From NCBI GenBank assembly GCA_964492935.1, contig CAZBLF010000001.1, forward strand, positions 28,301 through 92,300: DNA of 64,000 bases. Reading direction: 5' to 3'. The notes under the pieces were generated by a model, which worked only from the letters and a program-made list of their open reading frames with translations, had not been told where the DNA came from and made no database searches. The position numbers and the translations under genes are program-made. This stretch comes from an uncultured Methanosarcinales archaeon (GTDB taxonomy: Archaea; Nanobdellota; Nanobdellia; Woesearchaeales; JACPBV01). Below are positions 18,766-26,923 of the stretch, one piece after another. Each line of letters begins with the position of its first letter. Position 1 is the first letter of the stretch.

Positions 18766-19794
18766 ATGTTTCCCGACAAGATTATTGCAAAGATTAAGGA
18801 TGAATTAGATAATTGTCAGAGTCCGTTGATTTTTTATGATGATGACGCTGACGGATTATGTAGTTTCTTGTTGTTTTATCGGTATAAGAAAGAGGGGCGC
18901 GGCGTTCCAGTTAAATCGAAGCCTTCTTTGGGTAAAAGTTTCTTGCGCAAGGTCGAGGAATTTGGACCGGATAAGATTATTGTACTAGATGTTCCGATGG
19001 TGGAGCAGGAATTTTTGGATGGCGTGGACGTGCCAGTGGTATGGGTGGATCATCATACACTGGTTGATTTGGATGGAATTACGGTTTACAATCCTAAACA
19101 ATTTGATGAGAAAGATAATAGTTGTATTACACGGATTTGCTATGAGGTTGTGCAGCAGGATCAGTGGATTGCTGCGGTTGGTGCGATTGCGGATTGGCAG
19201 ATGCCGGAGTGGATGGAGGATTTTGCTAAAAAGCATCCCGAACTGATTGATCAGGAGCTAGATATTGGGAAATTGTATTTTGATAGTACCTTGGGGAAAT
19301 TAATTCGGGTGTTTGCCTTTATTTTGAAGGGTGATATCAAGGAGGTCAATAAGTGTGTTAAGATTTTGACTAGAATTGAGGATTCTCAGGAAATTTTGCA
19401 GCAATCTAGTCCACAGGGCAAGTATCTGTGGAAACGATATGAGACGAACTATCAGGCTTATGAGAAATTATTGAAGCAGGGCCATGCTCAAGCTAAGGAG
19501 GGTGATGAGTTTTTGATTTACATTTATCCAGATAGCGAGACGAGCTTTACCGGTGATTTGTCGAATGAATTGAAGTATCGGCACGCAGATAAAGTTGTTA
19601 TTGTGGGTAGAGAGGTTAAGGGCGAGGTTCGGATGAGTTTACGTTCTGAGGATCGAGATTTAGCAGCTGCTCTTGAAAAAGCTTTAGTGGGCGTTGAGGG
19701 TTACGGTGGCGGACATATGCATGCGTGCGGTGCTTGTGTTAAGAAAAGGGATTTTGATGCTTTTGTTGCGGTGTTACGAGAAGAGCTTTGTTAG
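18766..19794 (+). CDS. DHH/DHHA1 phosphoesterase
   Basis: DDDADG, VDHH, GGGHMHACG. Confidence 0.9.
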   Translation: MFPDKIIAKIKDELDNCQSPLIFYDDDADGLCSFLLFYRYKKEGRGVPVKSKPSLGKSFLRKVEEFGPDKIIVLDVPMVEQEFLDGVDVPVVWVDHHTLVDLDGITVYNPKQFDEKDNSCITRICYEVVQQDQWIAAVGAIADWQMPEWMEDFAKKHPELIDQELDIGKLYFDSTLGKLIRVFAFILKGDIKEVNKCVKILTRIEDSQEILQQSSPQGKYLWKRYETNYQAYEKLLKQGHAQAKEGDEFLIYIYPDSETSFTGDLSNELKYRHADKVVIVGREVKGEVRMSLRSEDRDLAAALEKALVGVEGYGGGHMHACGACVKKRDFDAFVAVLREELC

Positions 19795-20300
19795 GCTGCT
19801 CTATGAGAAAAGGCATGTTCTAGTGCTCTTGCTTTTACTTCGGTTATGATTGGTTGTTCACCCTCATCAACTTTTATTTTCGGCTTTATTTTTGTATCGT
19901 AATACTTCAGAAATTGTTGCATGAATTCTTTTTGTAATTCTGGATCTGATTTCTCTAGAATTAATTGATATAATTTTCTCGAAAGTGTTCTTCCTTCCTG
20001 ATCTAGCATAATCATGCTCTCGATATTTTCTTCATTTCTTCCGATGATAGCTAAGGGGTTAGGCATAGGAGGGAATGCACTATCTACAATGGTGAGTATC
20101 TTGTCCTCTATCTCCATGAAATAGCAAACTGAATTGAGATGGGGATGTTCGGGATGATTTGTACTTGCTGCACCCATACGCTGTATTCTCTCTTCAGTGT
20201 AGGCAGGATCGCATATGGCGAGTGACTGTTTCTGATACAACGATTGGTTGATTTCTATCGTAATTTTTTGGCCTGCGTCTTTTTCAATTAGGTCAATCAT
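19791..20300 (-). CDS. Hypothetical protein
   Basis: 169-aa ORF, ATGA-coupled to the upstream ORF. Confidence 0.55.
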   Translation of the reverse strand: MIDLIEKDAGQKITIEINQSLYQKQSLAICDPAYTEERIQRMGAASTNHPEHPHLNSVCYFMEIEDKILTIVDSAFPPMPNPLAIIGRNEENIESMIMLDQEGRTLSRKLYQLILEKSDPELQKEFMQQFLKYYDTKIKPKIKVDEGEQPIITEVKARALEHAFSHRAA

Positions 20301-20578
20301 GGCATCAAGGCTTTTTTGAGGAGTAGGGGTTGTTCAATCACTGGAGGATCTTCATGAGAAGTTTCTGGAACAGTATACCTTTGAGCGATAGAATGTGCTT
20401 GATTTCGTAAGTATTCTTCTATTTTCCAATCTCCTGAGTTTTTCCCTATGCCTAATCCTATTACTAGACATGCGATAGCGGTACTTACATAGGTTCCGCT
20501 AGATACTTTATAGTTGCCGAATATTCCCATCTTTTCTGTGATATTGGGCACTATATATAGTAATGTGTTCTTGGGCAA
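20297..20578 (-). CDS. Small hypothetical membrane protein (start uncertain)
   Basis: One hydrophobic segment. Confidence 0.45.
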   Translation of the reverse strand: MPKNTLLYIVPNITEKMGIFGNYKVSSGTYVSTAIACLVIGLGIGKNSGDWKIEEYLRNQAHSIAQRYTVPETSHEDPPVIEQPLLLKKALMP

Positions 20579-20615
20579 TAGTTTTATAAATCAATTAGGT
20601 GTTCTTTAGCCTTGT

Positions 20616-20755
20616 GCGCCGATGGTCTAATGGCTACACGTTAGGATCAGAGATCCACTGGACTCTGGCACTACGTGCCATAGATGACTGTGGCCTTCCA
20701 ATGGTTCTAAACCAGACGAGAGCCGCCTATGTGGGTTCAACTCCCGCTCGGCGCA
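20616..20755 (+). tRNA. tRNA-Gly(TCC) with two introns (D-loop ~20637-20683; 37/38 at 20701-20720)
   Basis: Acceptor GCGCCGA/TCGGCGC, T-arm GTGGG-TTCAACT-CCCGC, anticodon stem GTGGC/GCCGC, relaxed BHB motifs. Confidence 0.9.
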
Positions 20756-20761
20756 TTTTTT

Positions 20762-20848
20762 CCGTCTCCATACGGTAAGTGGCTCATCTAATCCACAACG
20801 GGCTTCGTGCTCTCTTGATTTGTGGCCCTCTTCGTAAGATGGAGGCGG
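20762..20848. ncRNA. Unassigned long imperfect hairpin
   Basis: CCGTCTCCAT/ATGGAGGCGG closing stem; inner CCACAA/TTGTGG. Confidence 0.4.
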
Positions 20849-20882
20849 TAGATTTATATCTTAGTTCGTAGCTTATTTCTTT

Positions 20883-21581
20883 ATGTTGAGTATCATTATT
20901 CCTACATTGAATGAGGAGAAGTATTTGCCTAAATTACTTGATTCTTTGAAAAAGCAAACGTATACTGATTTTGAAATGATTGTGGCAGATCATCATTCTT
21001 CAGATGCTACGAAATCTATTGCAAAGGCAGCTGGTTGTAGGATTGTTGAGGGGGGTTTACCTGCACAAGGGCGCGCTACGGGTGCTAAGGTTGCTGCGGG
21101 AGAGCTGTTCTTTTTTGTGGATGCGGATTGTGTGTTGCGCGATGATTATTTGGAACGGGCTTTGGCTGAAATCAAGAAACGGAAACTTGATTGTGCTGGC
21201 GGTTCTATCAGTGCTTTGGATGGAAATATTTTAGATCGTTTTTATTTCAGTTTCTTTAATGGATGGGTGCGTCTGATGCAGCATATTACTCCCCACGCTG
21301 CTGGATGCTCGGTTTTTTGTAGTAAGGAGCATTACGACAAGATTGGTGGTTTTAATAGAACTATCAAACTGTATGAAGAGCATGATTTTGTGAGGCGTGC
21401 TGCGAAGATGGGCAAGTTCGGCATTCTTTCTTCTGTTAGGATTGCTACCTCGGTTCGGAGGTTTGTTGCTGAAGGGAGATTAAAGACAGGCATTAAGTTG
21501 ATGATTTCTGCATTATATCGGATCTTTTTTGGAGAGATCAAAGAGGATACGTTTGAATATCATTATGATTATAAGAAATAG
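20883..21581 (+). CDS. Glycosyltransferase family 2
   Basis: SIIIPTLNEE, FVDAD, TSVRR. Confidence 0.92.
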   Translation: MLSIIIPTLNEEKYLPKLLDSLKKQTYTDFEMIVADHHSSDATKSIAKAAGCRIVEGGLPAQGRATGAKVAAGELFFFVDADCVLRDDYLERALAEIKKRKLDCAGGSISALDGNILDRFYFSFFNGWVRLMQHITPHAAGCSVFCSKEHYDKIGGFNRTIKLYEEHDFVRRAAKMGKFGILSSVRIATSVRRFVAEGRLKTGIKLMISALYRIFFGEIKEDTFEYHYDYKK

Positions 21582-24500
21582 CTAGACTTTCAGACTCACG
21601 ACTTTTGACATGCCGTGTTCGTTCATAGAAACACCATACAACGTATTTGCCATGTTGATGACGCCGTCTTTGTGGGAAATCATGATGTATTGTGCTCGCT
21701 CGGCGTACTTTTGGATGAGTTTTCCGAACTTTTCTGCGTTGTTCTTGTCTAATGCAGCATCTACTTCGTCTAAGATATAGAATGAGGCGGGTTCGTGCTC
21801 CTGGATGGCGAAGATGAATGCTAAAGCGGTCATCGTTTTCTCTCCTCCAGATAGAGATCTGATATCTAGGAAACGTTTGCCGGCCATTCGTACTTTGATG
21901 CCGACTCCGCCTTCGAAGGGGTCGTCTGGGTTTTCAACTTCTAGGGTTGCATCTCCTTTTGTTGATAATCTTGAAAATATTTCTTTGAAATGGGTATTGA
22001 CGGCATCGAAGCTTATTTTGAAAAGCTCTCGTTTTTTGCCTTCAATTTCTTCCATCATCGATAGGACGTCTTCGCGCTCGCCGCTGAGGGTTTCTTTCTT
22101 GCTGAGTAGGTTTTGGTATTCTTTCTCGACTTCGCCGTAGATTTCTAGCGCTCGCATGTTGACGCTTCCGATGTCTGCTTTCATTTTTTCGAACTTGCTG
22201 ATTTCATATTTGAGTTGTTCCTCGGTTTTGTTTTCAATTAGTTGAACGCCTTCATACTGGATGAATTCTTGATGCATGCCTGCTAGTTCTGAAGCGGCTT
22301 CGGCGTGTTTTAGAGATAAGGTGTTTTCCCGAATTTCTGTTTCTCGGCTGGAATCTGAGCGTTTCATGATATTTGCTTCTAGCTGGTTTTTTTCTTGTTC
22401 GATGAGCGTTCGTTTTTCGAAGAGTTGTCGGTACTTTGCATGAAATACTTTCGCAACTTTTTCTTTTTCCACAAGTGCCTCTTTTTGGGTGACTACCTCT
22501 TTGTCTAGATATTCTTGCTCGGTGTTGAGCTCGTCTTCCTCTTTTGCAAGACGTTCTTTTGTTTTCTCGGCTTTCTGTTGTTCTGGGCCGTGGATTTCAT
22601 TGATTTGAACATGTACGTTCTTTATGTTGGAATCTACCTGGGTGATTTCTTCGTGAAGTTGATTTCTTTTTTCTTCGAAGGTTGCTAATTCGGCAACTAA
22701 TTTGGGATCTCGTAGTTGAGAGATTTGTTCTTTGAGTTGTTGCTTTTCTATTCGGTTATCGGCGAGGACTTTGTTTTTTTCGGAGAGTGTTGTAAGAAGG
22801 GTTTCGATTTCTTGTTGTTTTTCACGCACGTTGGTTTCGAGGTCCTCTTTCTTGGTTAGCGTAGCATCGATGTCATGTGCTTCGAGATGTAGGCTTTTTT
22901 CTACCTTAATGATTTCTCCCTCTAGTGATGCCTTGTCTTGGCGTAATTTAGTGATGGTGTCTTCGTTCTCGTTGCGTTTATTTTCTATGATGGAGAGTGC
23001 ACTTTCATCCTCTCCTAATTCTGATTCTGCTTTTTCGATGTTGGTATCCATCTGTTTTTCGGAGAACTTGAGGTTGCGTGTTTTTTTGTGATAGCCGCCT
23101 GTCATTGCTCCGGAGCGGTCGGCGAGATCTCCGTCAAGGGTGACCATTTTTGCCTTTCCTATGCCTAGACGCCTGGCGACATCGATGTTGTCGATGATTA
23201 CAGTGTTATGGAAGATGTAGGAAAACGCACTACGGAGATGAGGATCGAATTGGATGAGATCTAATGCCATGCCATGGGCGCCTTGAGCATTCGCTATTTT
23301 CTTTGCTTCGGGGGCAGTAGGTCTCGATTGCATTGCGGATAAGGGTAGAAAGGTGATGGTTCCTAATTTGTGCTCTTTTAGGTATTTTATCAGGTGAGAT
23401 GCTACTTTATCGTTTTCAACGATGATGCTTTTCATGCGTTGTCCTGCGGCTTTTTCTAAAGCGGTTGCGTATTTTGCATCTACGTTTCCGAGTTCGAATA
23501 CCGTCCCGAGAATACCTGGATTTTTTTCTTTGAGCTCTAAAATACGTTCCATTGCAGGATTGAGTTTTGTGGTTTCCTTGATTTGTGCGGCACGTGCCTC
23601 TAGTTTTGCGAGATCTTCTCTTTTTGCCCCAATGTCTTTTCTTTTCTTTGCAATTTTTGCTACCAATTCTCCATCCTCATTGAGACAGGTATTGAGTTCT
23701 AGCGTTGCATCTTTGAATTGCTTTCTTTTTGATTTGAGATCATTGATTTCTTGCTTGTGTTCTTTCTCTAATTCTTCAACTTTAGCAATTTGTTCGTCGA
23801 GATTGTTGATGGAATGTTCGAGAACATCTTTTTCTCGGATAAGATTGTGCTGTTTTTCTCTCAGGGATTGAGATTCTTGCTGGAGTGCTTCGGCTTCACG
23901 GTCAATCGTCTCTATCTTCTGTTCGACATCGGCCATGTCATCGAGTTTGTTTTTATTTCTAAATTCGTTAATCTTTTCGATAATAGCGTTGCGTTCCTGA
24001 TCTAGTTTTGTTTTTTGTTCCTTCTGTTCCTTTTCCTGATTTCGTAGCTCTGCTATTTTCTCCTCGGTATCGGAGGAGGATTCTTTTAATTCGCTTCTTT
24101 GTTTTGAGACTCGTTCTAAATCGTTTGTGATGGTTTCAATCCGGGTTTTCTTTTTCACCAGCTCAATTTTTAGATCTTCGATGTCTCGATTGAGTGTTAC
24201 CTGCTCGACTTCTCCTTTTTCTTCGATTTCTTTTCCAATTGCCTGAATTTCTTCCTTTTTTTGTGTTATCTGGGAGCGATAGGATTGGAGTTTTTCATTG
24301 ATTCCCTTTAGCTCGGTTTTTGTTTTTTCCAGATCTTCCTGAAGCTTTTTCTTGTCGCTCTCTTTTGAGGAGATTTGTTTGTTTAGTAAGGTTGCTGAAT
24401 TTTGAGATACCTTATTTTCCATGTCCTTGAATTTCTGAGCTTGATCACGATCTTTTTTTAATTCTCTTAAGTAGGTGTTACGTTCTGCTAGCACGATTTC

Positions 24501-25076
24501 TGCTTCTTTGAGTCTTTCTTCTACTTTGTCTAATTGTGAAACTGCTTTTTGCTTCTTTTCTTCATATGAAGAGATACCTGCGATTTCCTCTACTAATTGT
24601 CTGCGTTCTACGGGCGGCATCTCTACAAATCTGACGATGTCTCCCTGGAGGATGATGTTATATCCATCGGGATTGATTTTTGCTAGTCCCAGTAGATCGA
24701 TCATTTCCTGTCTTGTTCTGACTTTATCATTGATTTTGTAGATGGATTGTCCGTTTTGTCGTACAATTCTAGAAATTTTTACTTCTGGGTCTGGGGTGGG
24801 GAAGATCTTGTTGCTGTTGTCGAAATAAATGGAGACCTCTCCTTCTTTGCCGGGGCTTTTTTGTTTTCCACCGTTGTATATTAAGTTAGCTGACTTTTCT
24901 GCTCGCATGGATTTTGCAGAGGATTTTCCGAGAACGAAGCATAAACTGTCTAGGATGTTGGATTTTCCTGAACCATTCGGCCCGATGACTGAGTTAAAGT
25001 CCTTACCGAATACTAATTCGGTGTGTTTTGCGAAGCTTTTGAAGCCCCGCATCACCATCTTGTTGATTCTTGTCAT
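21582..25076 (-). CDS. smc: Chromosome segregation protein SMC
   Basis: GPNGSGKSN, hinge, LSGGEK, LDEVDAALD. Confidence 0.97.
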   Translation of the reverse strand: MTRINKMVMRGFKSFAKHTELVFGKDFNSVIGPNGSGKSNILDSLCFVLGKSSAKSMRAEKSANLIYNGGKQKSPGKEGEVSIYFDNSNKIFPTPDPEVKISRIVRQNGQSIYKINDKVRTRQEMIDLLGLAKINPDGYNIILQGDIVRFVEMPPVERRQLVEEIAGISSYEEKKQKAVSQLDKVEERLKEAEIVLAERNTYLRELKKDRDQAQKFKDMENKVSQNSATLLNKQISSKESDKKKLQEDLEKTKTELKGINEKLQSYRSQITQKKEEIQAIGKEIEEKGEVEQVTLNRDIEDLKIELVKKKTRIETITNDLERVSKQRSELKESSSDTEEKIAELRNQEKEQKEQKTKLDQERNAIIEKINEFRNKNKLDDMADVEQKIETIDREAEALQQESQSLREKQHNLIREKDVLEHSINNLDEQIAKVEELEKEHKQEINDLKSKRKQFKDATLELNTCLNEDGELVAKIAKKRKDIGAKREDLAKLEARAAQIKETTKLNPAMERILELKEKNPGILGTVFELGNVDAKYATALEKAAGQRMKSIIVENDKVASHLIKYLKEHKLGTITFLPLSAMQSRPTAPEAKKIANAQGAHGMALDLIQFDPHLRSAFSYIFHNTVIIDNIDVARRLGIGKAKMVTLDGDLADRSGAMTGGYHKKTRNLKFSEKQMDTNIEKAESELGEDESALSIIENKRNENEDTITKLRQDKASLEGEIIKVEKSLHLEAHDIDATLTKKEDLETNVREKQQEIETLLTTLSEKNKVLADNRIEKQQLKEQISQLRDPKLVAELATFEEKRNQLHEEITQVDSNIKNVHVQINEIHGPEQQKAEKTKERLAKEEDELNTEQEYLDKEVVTQKEALVEKEKVAKVFHAKYRQLFEKRTLIEQEKNQLEANIMKRSDSSRETEIRENTLSLKHAEAASELAGMHQEFIQYEGVQLIENKTEEQLKYEISKFEKMKADIGSVNMRALEIYGEVEKEYQNLLSKKETLSGEREDVLSMMEEIEGKKRELFKISFDAVNTHFKEIFSRLSTKGDATLEVENPDDPFEGGVGIKVRMAGKRFLDIRSLSGGEKTMTALAFIFAIQEHEPASFYILDEVDAALDKNNAEKFGKLIQKYAERAQYIMISHKDGVINMANTLYGVSMNEHGMSKVVSLKV

Positions 25077-25191
25077 TCCTAGTGAAATCTCCCCTTACTC
25101 GTACTATTGAGAAATGGTTAATAAATGTTGTGGAAATCTGAGCTCTCTCCCAAGACTCGCTTGGCTCGGATTAGCAGCTTCGAAATCTGAG

Positions 25192-26613
25192 CTATGCCCA
25201 GCGTATCTCTACGTGGTCGATTGTTTTTTCTAGAATTTGTTTATAGTGTTTGATTTCGGATTCGGTTTGATGCCGTTGTTTTGCGATTTTAGGATTGATC
25301 ATGGTTTTGGTTGCTTTGAATTGCTGAAGGAAGAGGTGTTTTGCCCCTTTAATCCATTCTCCCATTGCTTTTATGTCTTCGAGGGTTGTGGTTCCTGGAA
25401 TGATGGTGGTGCGGAACTCATAAGGTATCTTTCCGTCTTGCAATAGCCGTATTGTTCGTTTTATTTTATCTAGTGGCACTTTAGTTTGGGTAACGTGATC
25501 GTACTTTTCTTGTGAGCTTTTGATGTCCATTGCGACATAGTCTATGGATTTAGTTTTAAGTAAGTCTTCAACCATGTCTGGATTGGTGCCATTCGTGTCG
25601 AGTTTTATTTCATATCCTAGCCCTCTTATTTTATTGATAAATTCAGGTAGCTTTTTGTGGATGGTGGGTTCGCCCCCGGTAATACACACCGCATCCAGGA
25701 CATTTTTTCTTTTAGCAAGGAATTGAAGGATATCGTTTTCATCAAATGACGGCAGGCTATTATGGTTTACGGCAAGATCTTTGTTGTAACAGTAGCTGCA
25801 GCGCATATTGCAACCCCCTAGGAAGATGGTTGCACAAATTTTCCCGGGATAGTCTACAAGGGACGTTTTTTGGAAGCCTTTGATCATTTTTGAGAGACTG
25901 ATATCGGGACAGGTGTTCCTTTCTGATGTATTAGTTTCTTTTGCTTTATTGACCGTCATGTTCTCTTTGGGGTAGGTATCCTTTATCAGGGATGCTATCT
26001 GTTCCATGATTTCAGTGGTGGCTTTTCGTAGTGTTTCTGGTGAATCTTGCGTTTTTTGATATTTGCTTAGATCAAGCGGTTTACCCATGAAGAGGTCTGC
26101 TTTTTTTAATCGAGGTATTCTTTTCCATCTAGGAAGAATTTCAAACGTTCCTTGTACGCCTAATGGTATTACTGGAACGTTTGCTGCTAGAGCTAGACGT
26201 GCAACTCCCGTTTTTGCTCGTTGTAGTTTTCCATTAAAGGAACGAGTTCCTTCTGGATAGATTACAATGATTTTACCTTCCTTGAGCGCTTTGATTGCCC
26301 AGGTAAGCGCTTCCTTACCACCTGCTTGACGGTCTATTGGAATTGCACCTCCCCAGGAATGGAATGCTTTCTTTATGGGGTTATCAAAGAGTTCTTTTTT
26401 TGCTAGGAAATTGGGAGTGTAACCGAGATGTTTTACCAGTGTCATCCAGATTATTCCGTGATCGATGTAGCTATTGTGATTTGCTGCGACAATATAGCCT
26501 CCTGATTTTGGAAGATTGTCGATGCCCTTTACGTTTCCTAGAAATATCCTAAAGAAAGAACTGACTAGGAAAATGAAGCACTTTTTTGCTAGCGATGTCC
26601 TTATCTTTTTCAT
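25192..26613 (-). CDS. nrdG: PlsC-type acyltransferase in frame with anaerobic RNR activase NrdG (NrdG part ~25192-25887)
   Basis: NHNSYID and YPEGTRS (PlsC); GCNMRCSYC, ITGGEPT, KLDTNG, YEFRTT (radical SAM activase). Confidence 0.85.
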   Translation of the reverse strand: MKKIRTSLAKKCFIFLVSSFFRIFLGNVKGIDNLPKSGGYIVAANHNSYIDHGIIWMTLVKHLGYTPNFLAKKELFDNPIKKAFHSWGGAIPIDRQAGGKEALTWAIKALKEGKIIVIYPEGTRSFNGKLQRAKTGVARLALAANVPVIPLGVQGTFEILPRWKRIPRLKKADLFMGKPLDLSKYQKTQDSPETLRKATTEIMEQIASLIKDTYPKENMTVNKAKETNTSERNTCPDISLSKMIKGFQKTSLVDYPGKICATIFLGGCNMRCSYCYNKDLAVNHNSLPSFDENDILQFLAKRKNVLDAVCITGGEPTIHKKLPEFINKIRGLGYEIKLDTNGTNPDMVEDLLKTKSIDYVAMDIKSSQEKYDHVTQTKVPLDKIKRTIRLLQDGKIPYEFRTTIIPGTTTLEDIKAMGEWIKGAKHLFLQQFKATKTMINPKIAKQRHQTESEIKHYKQILEKTIDHVEIRWA

Positions 26614-26788
26614 GATTCTAGAGTGTGCAGGGAGCGTGACTTTCTGTGGTCAGCACCTTTTGCACTGCGAGAAAAATGTTGTAGGCATTATTCAAGGGTC
26701 GATATTGACAATCTTTAGGGGGATTGTTAATCCCTTCAACCGAAGGCAAATACCAGGACCATGAGTAGAATATGGCCATCTGCTTAAA

Positions 26789-26923
26789 TTACTTGGCAAT
26801 TGCTACTGTTTTTACCGTGAAGGTTTTTCTATGTGAAAATTCTTCTTTTTTCCCGTCATTCCAATTTGCTACTGGTCTGAAATAGCCAACAACTCTTGAA
26901 TATACTTCGCAAGGTATCTCCAT
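26789..26923 (-). CDS. Stand-alone glycyl-radical domain of NrdD (44 aa)
   Basis: MEIPCEVYSRVVGYFRPVANWNDGKKEEF; TAATG overlap and SD GAGGTGA. Confidence 0.85.
   Translation of the reverse strand: MEIPCEVYSRVVGYFRPVANWNDGKKEEFSHRKTFTVKTVAIAK

Noticed and set aside
25084..25193. Mini CRISPR array
   Set aside because: The repeat is only 12 nt with two full copies, and there are no cas genes
25180..25259. Third copy of the A/B RNA family (TCGAAATC...GATTTCGG)
   Set aside because: The partner lies in nrdG coding sequence; no outer stem or GCAACCC motif
26618..26779. 53-aa ORF between the glycyl-radical peptide and plsC-nrdG
   Set aside because: No recognisable motif or SD; cannot be supported
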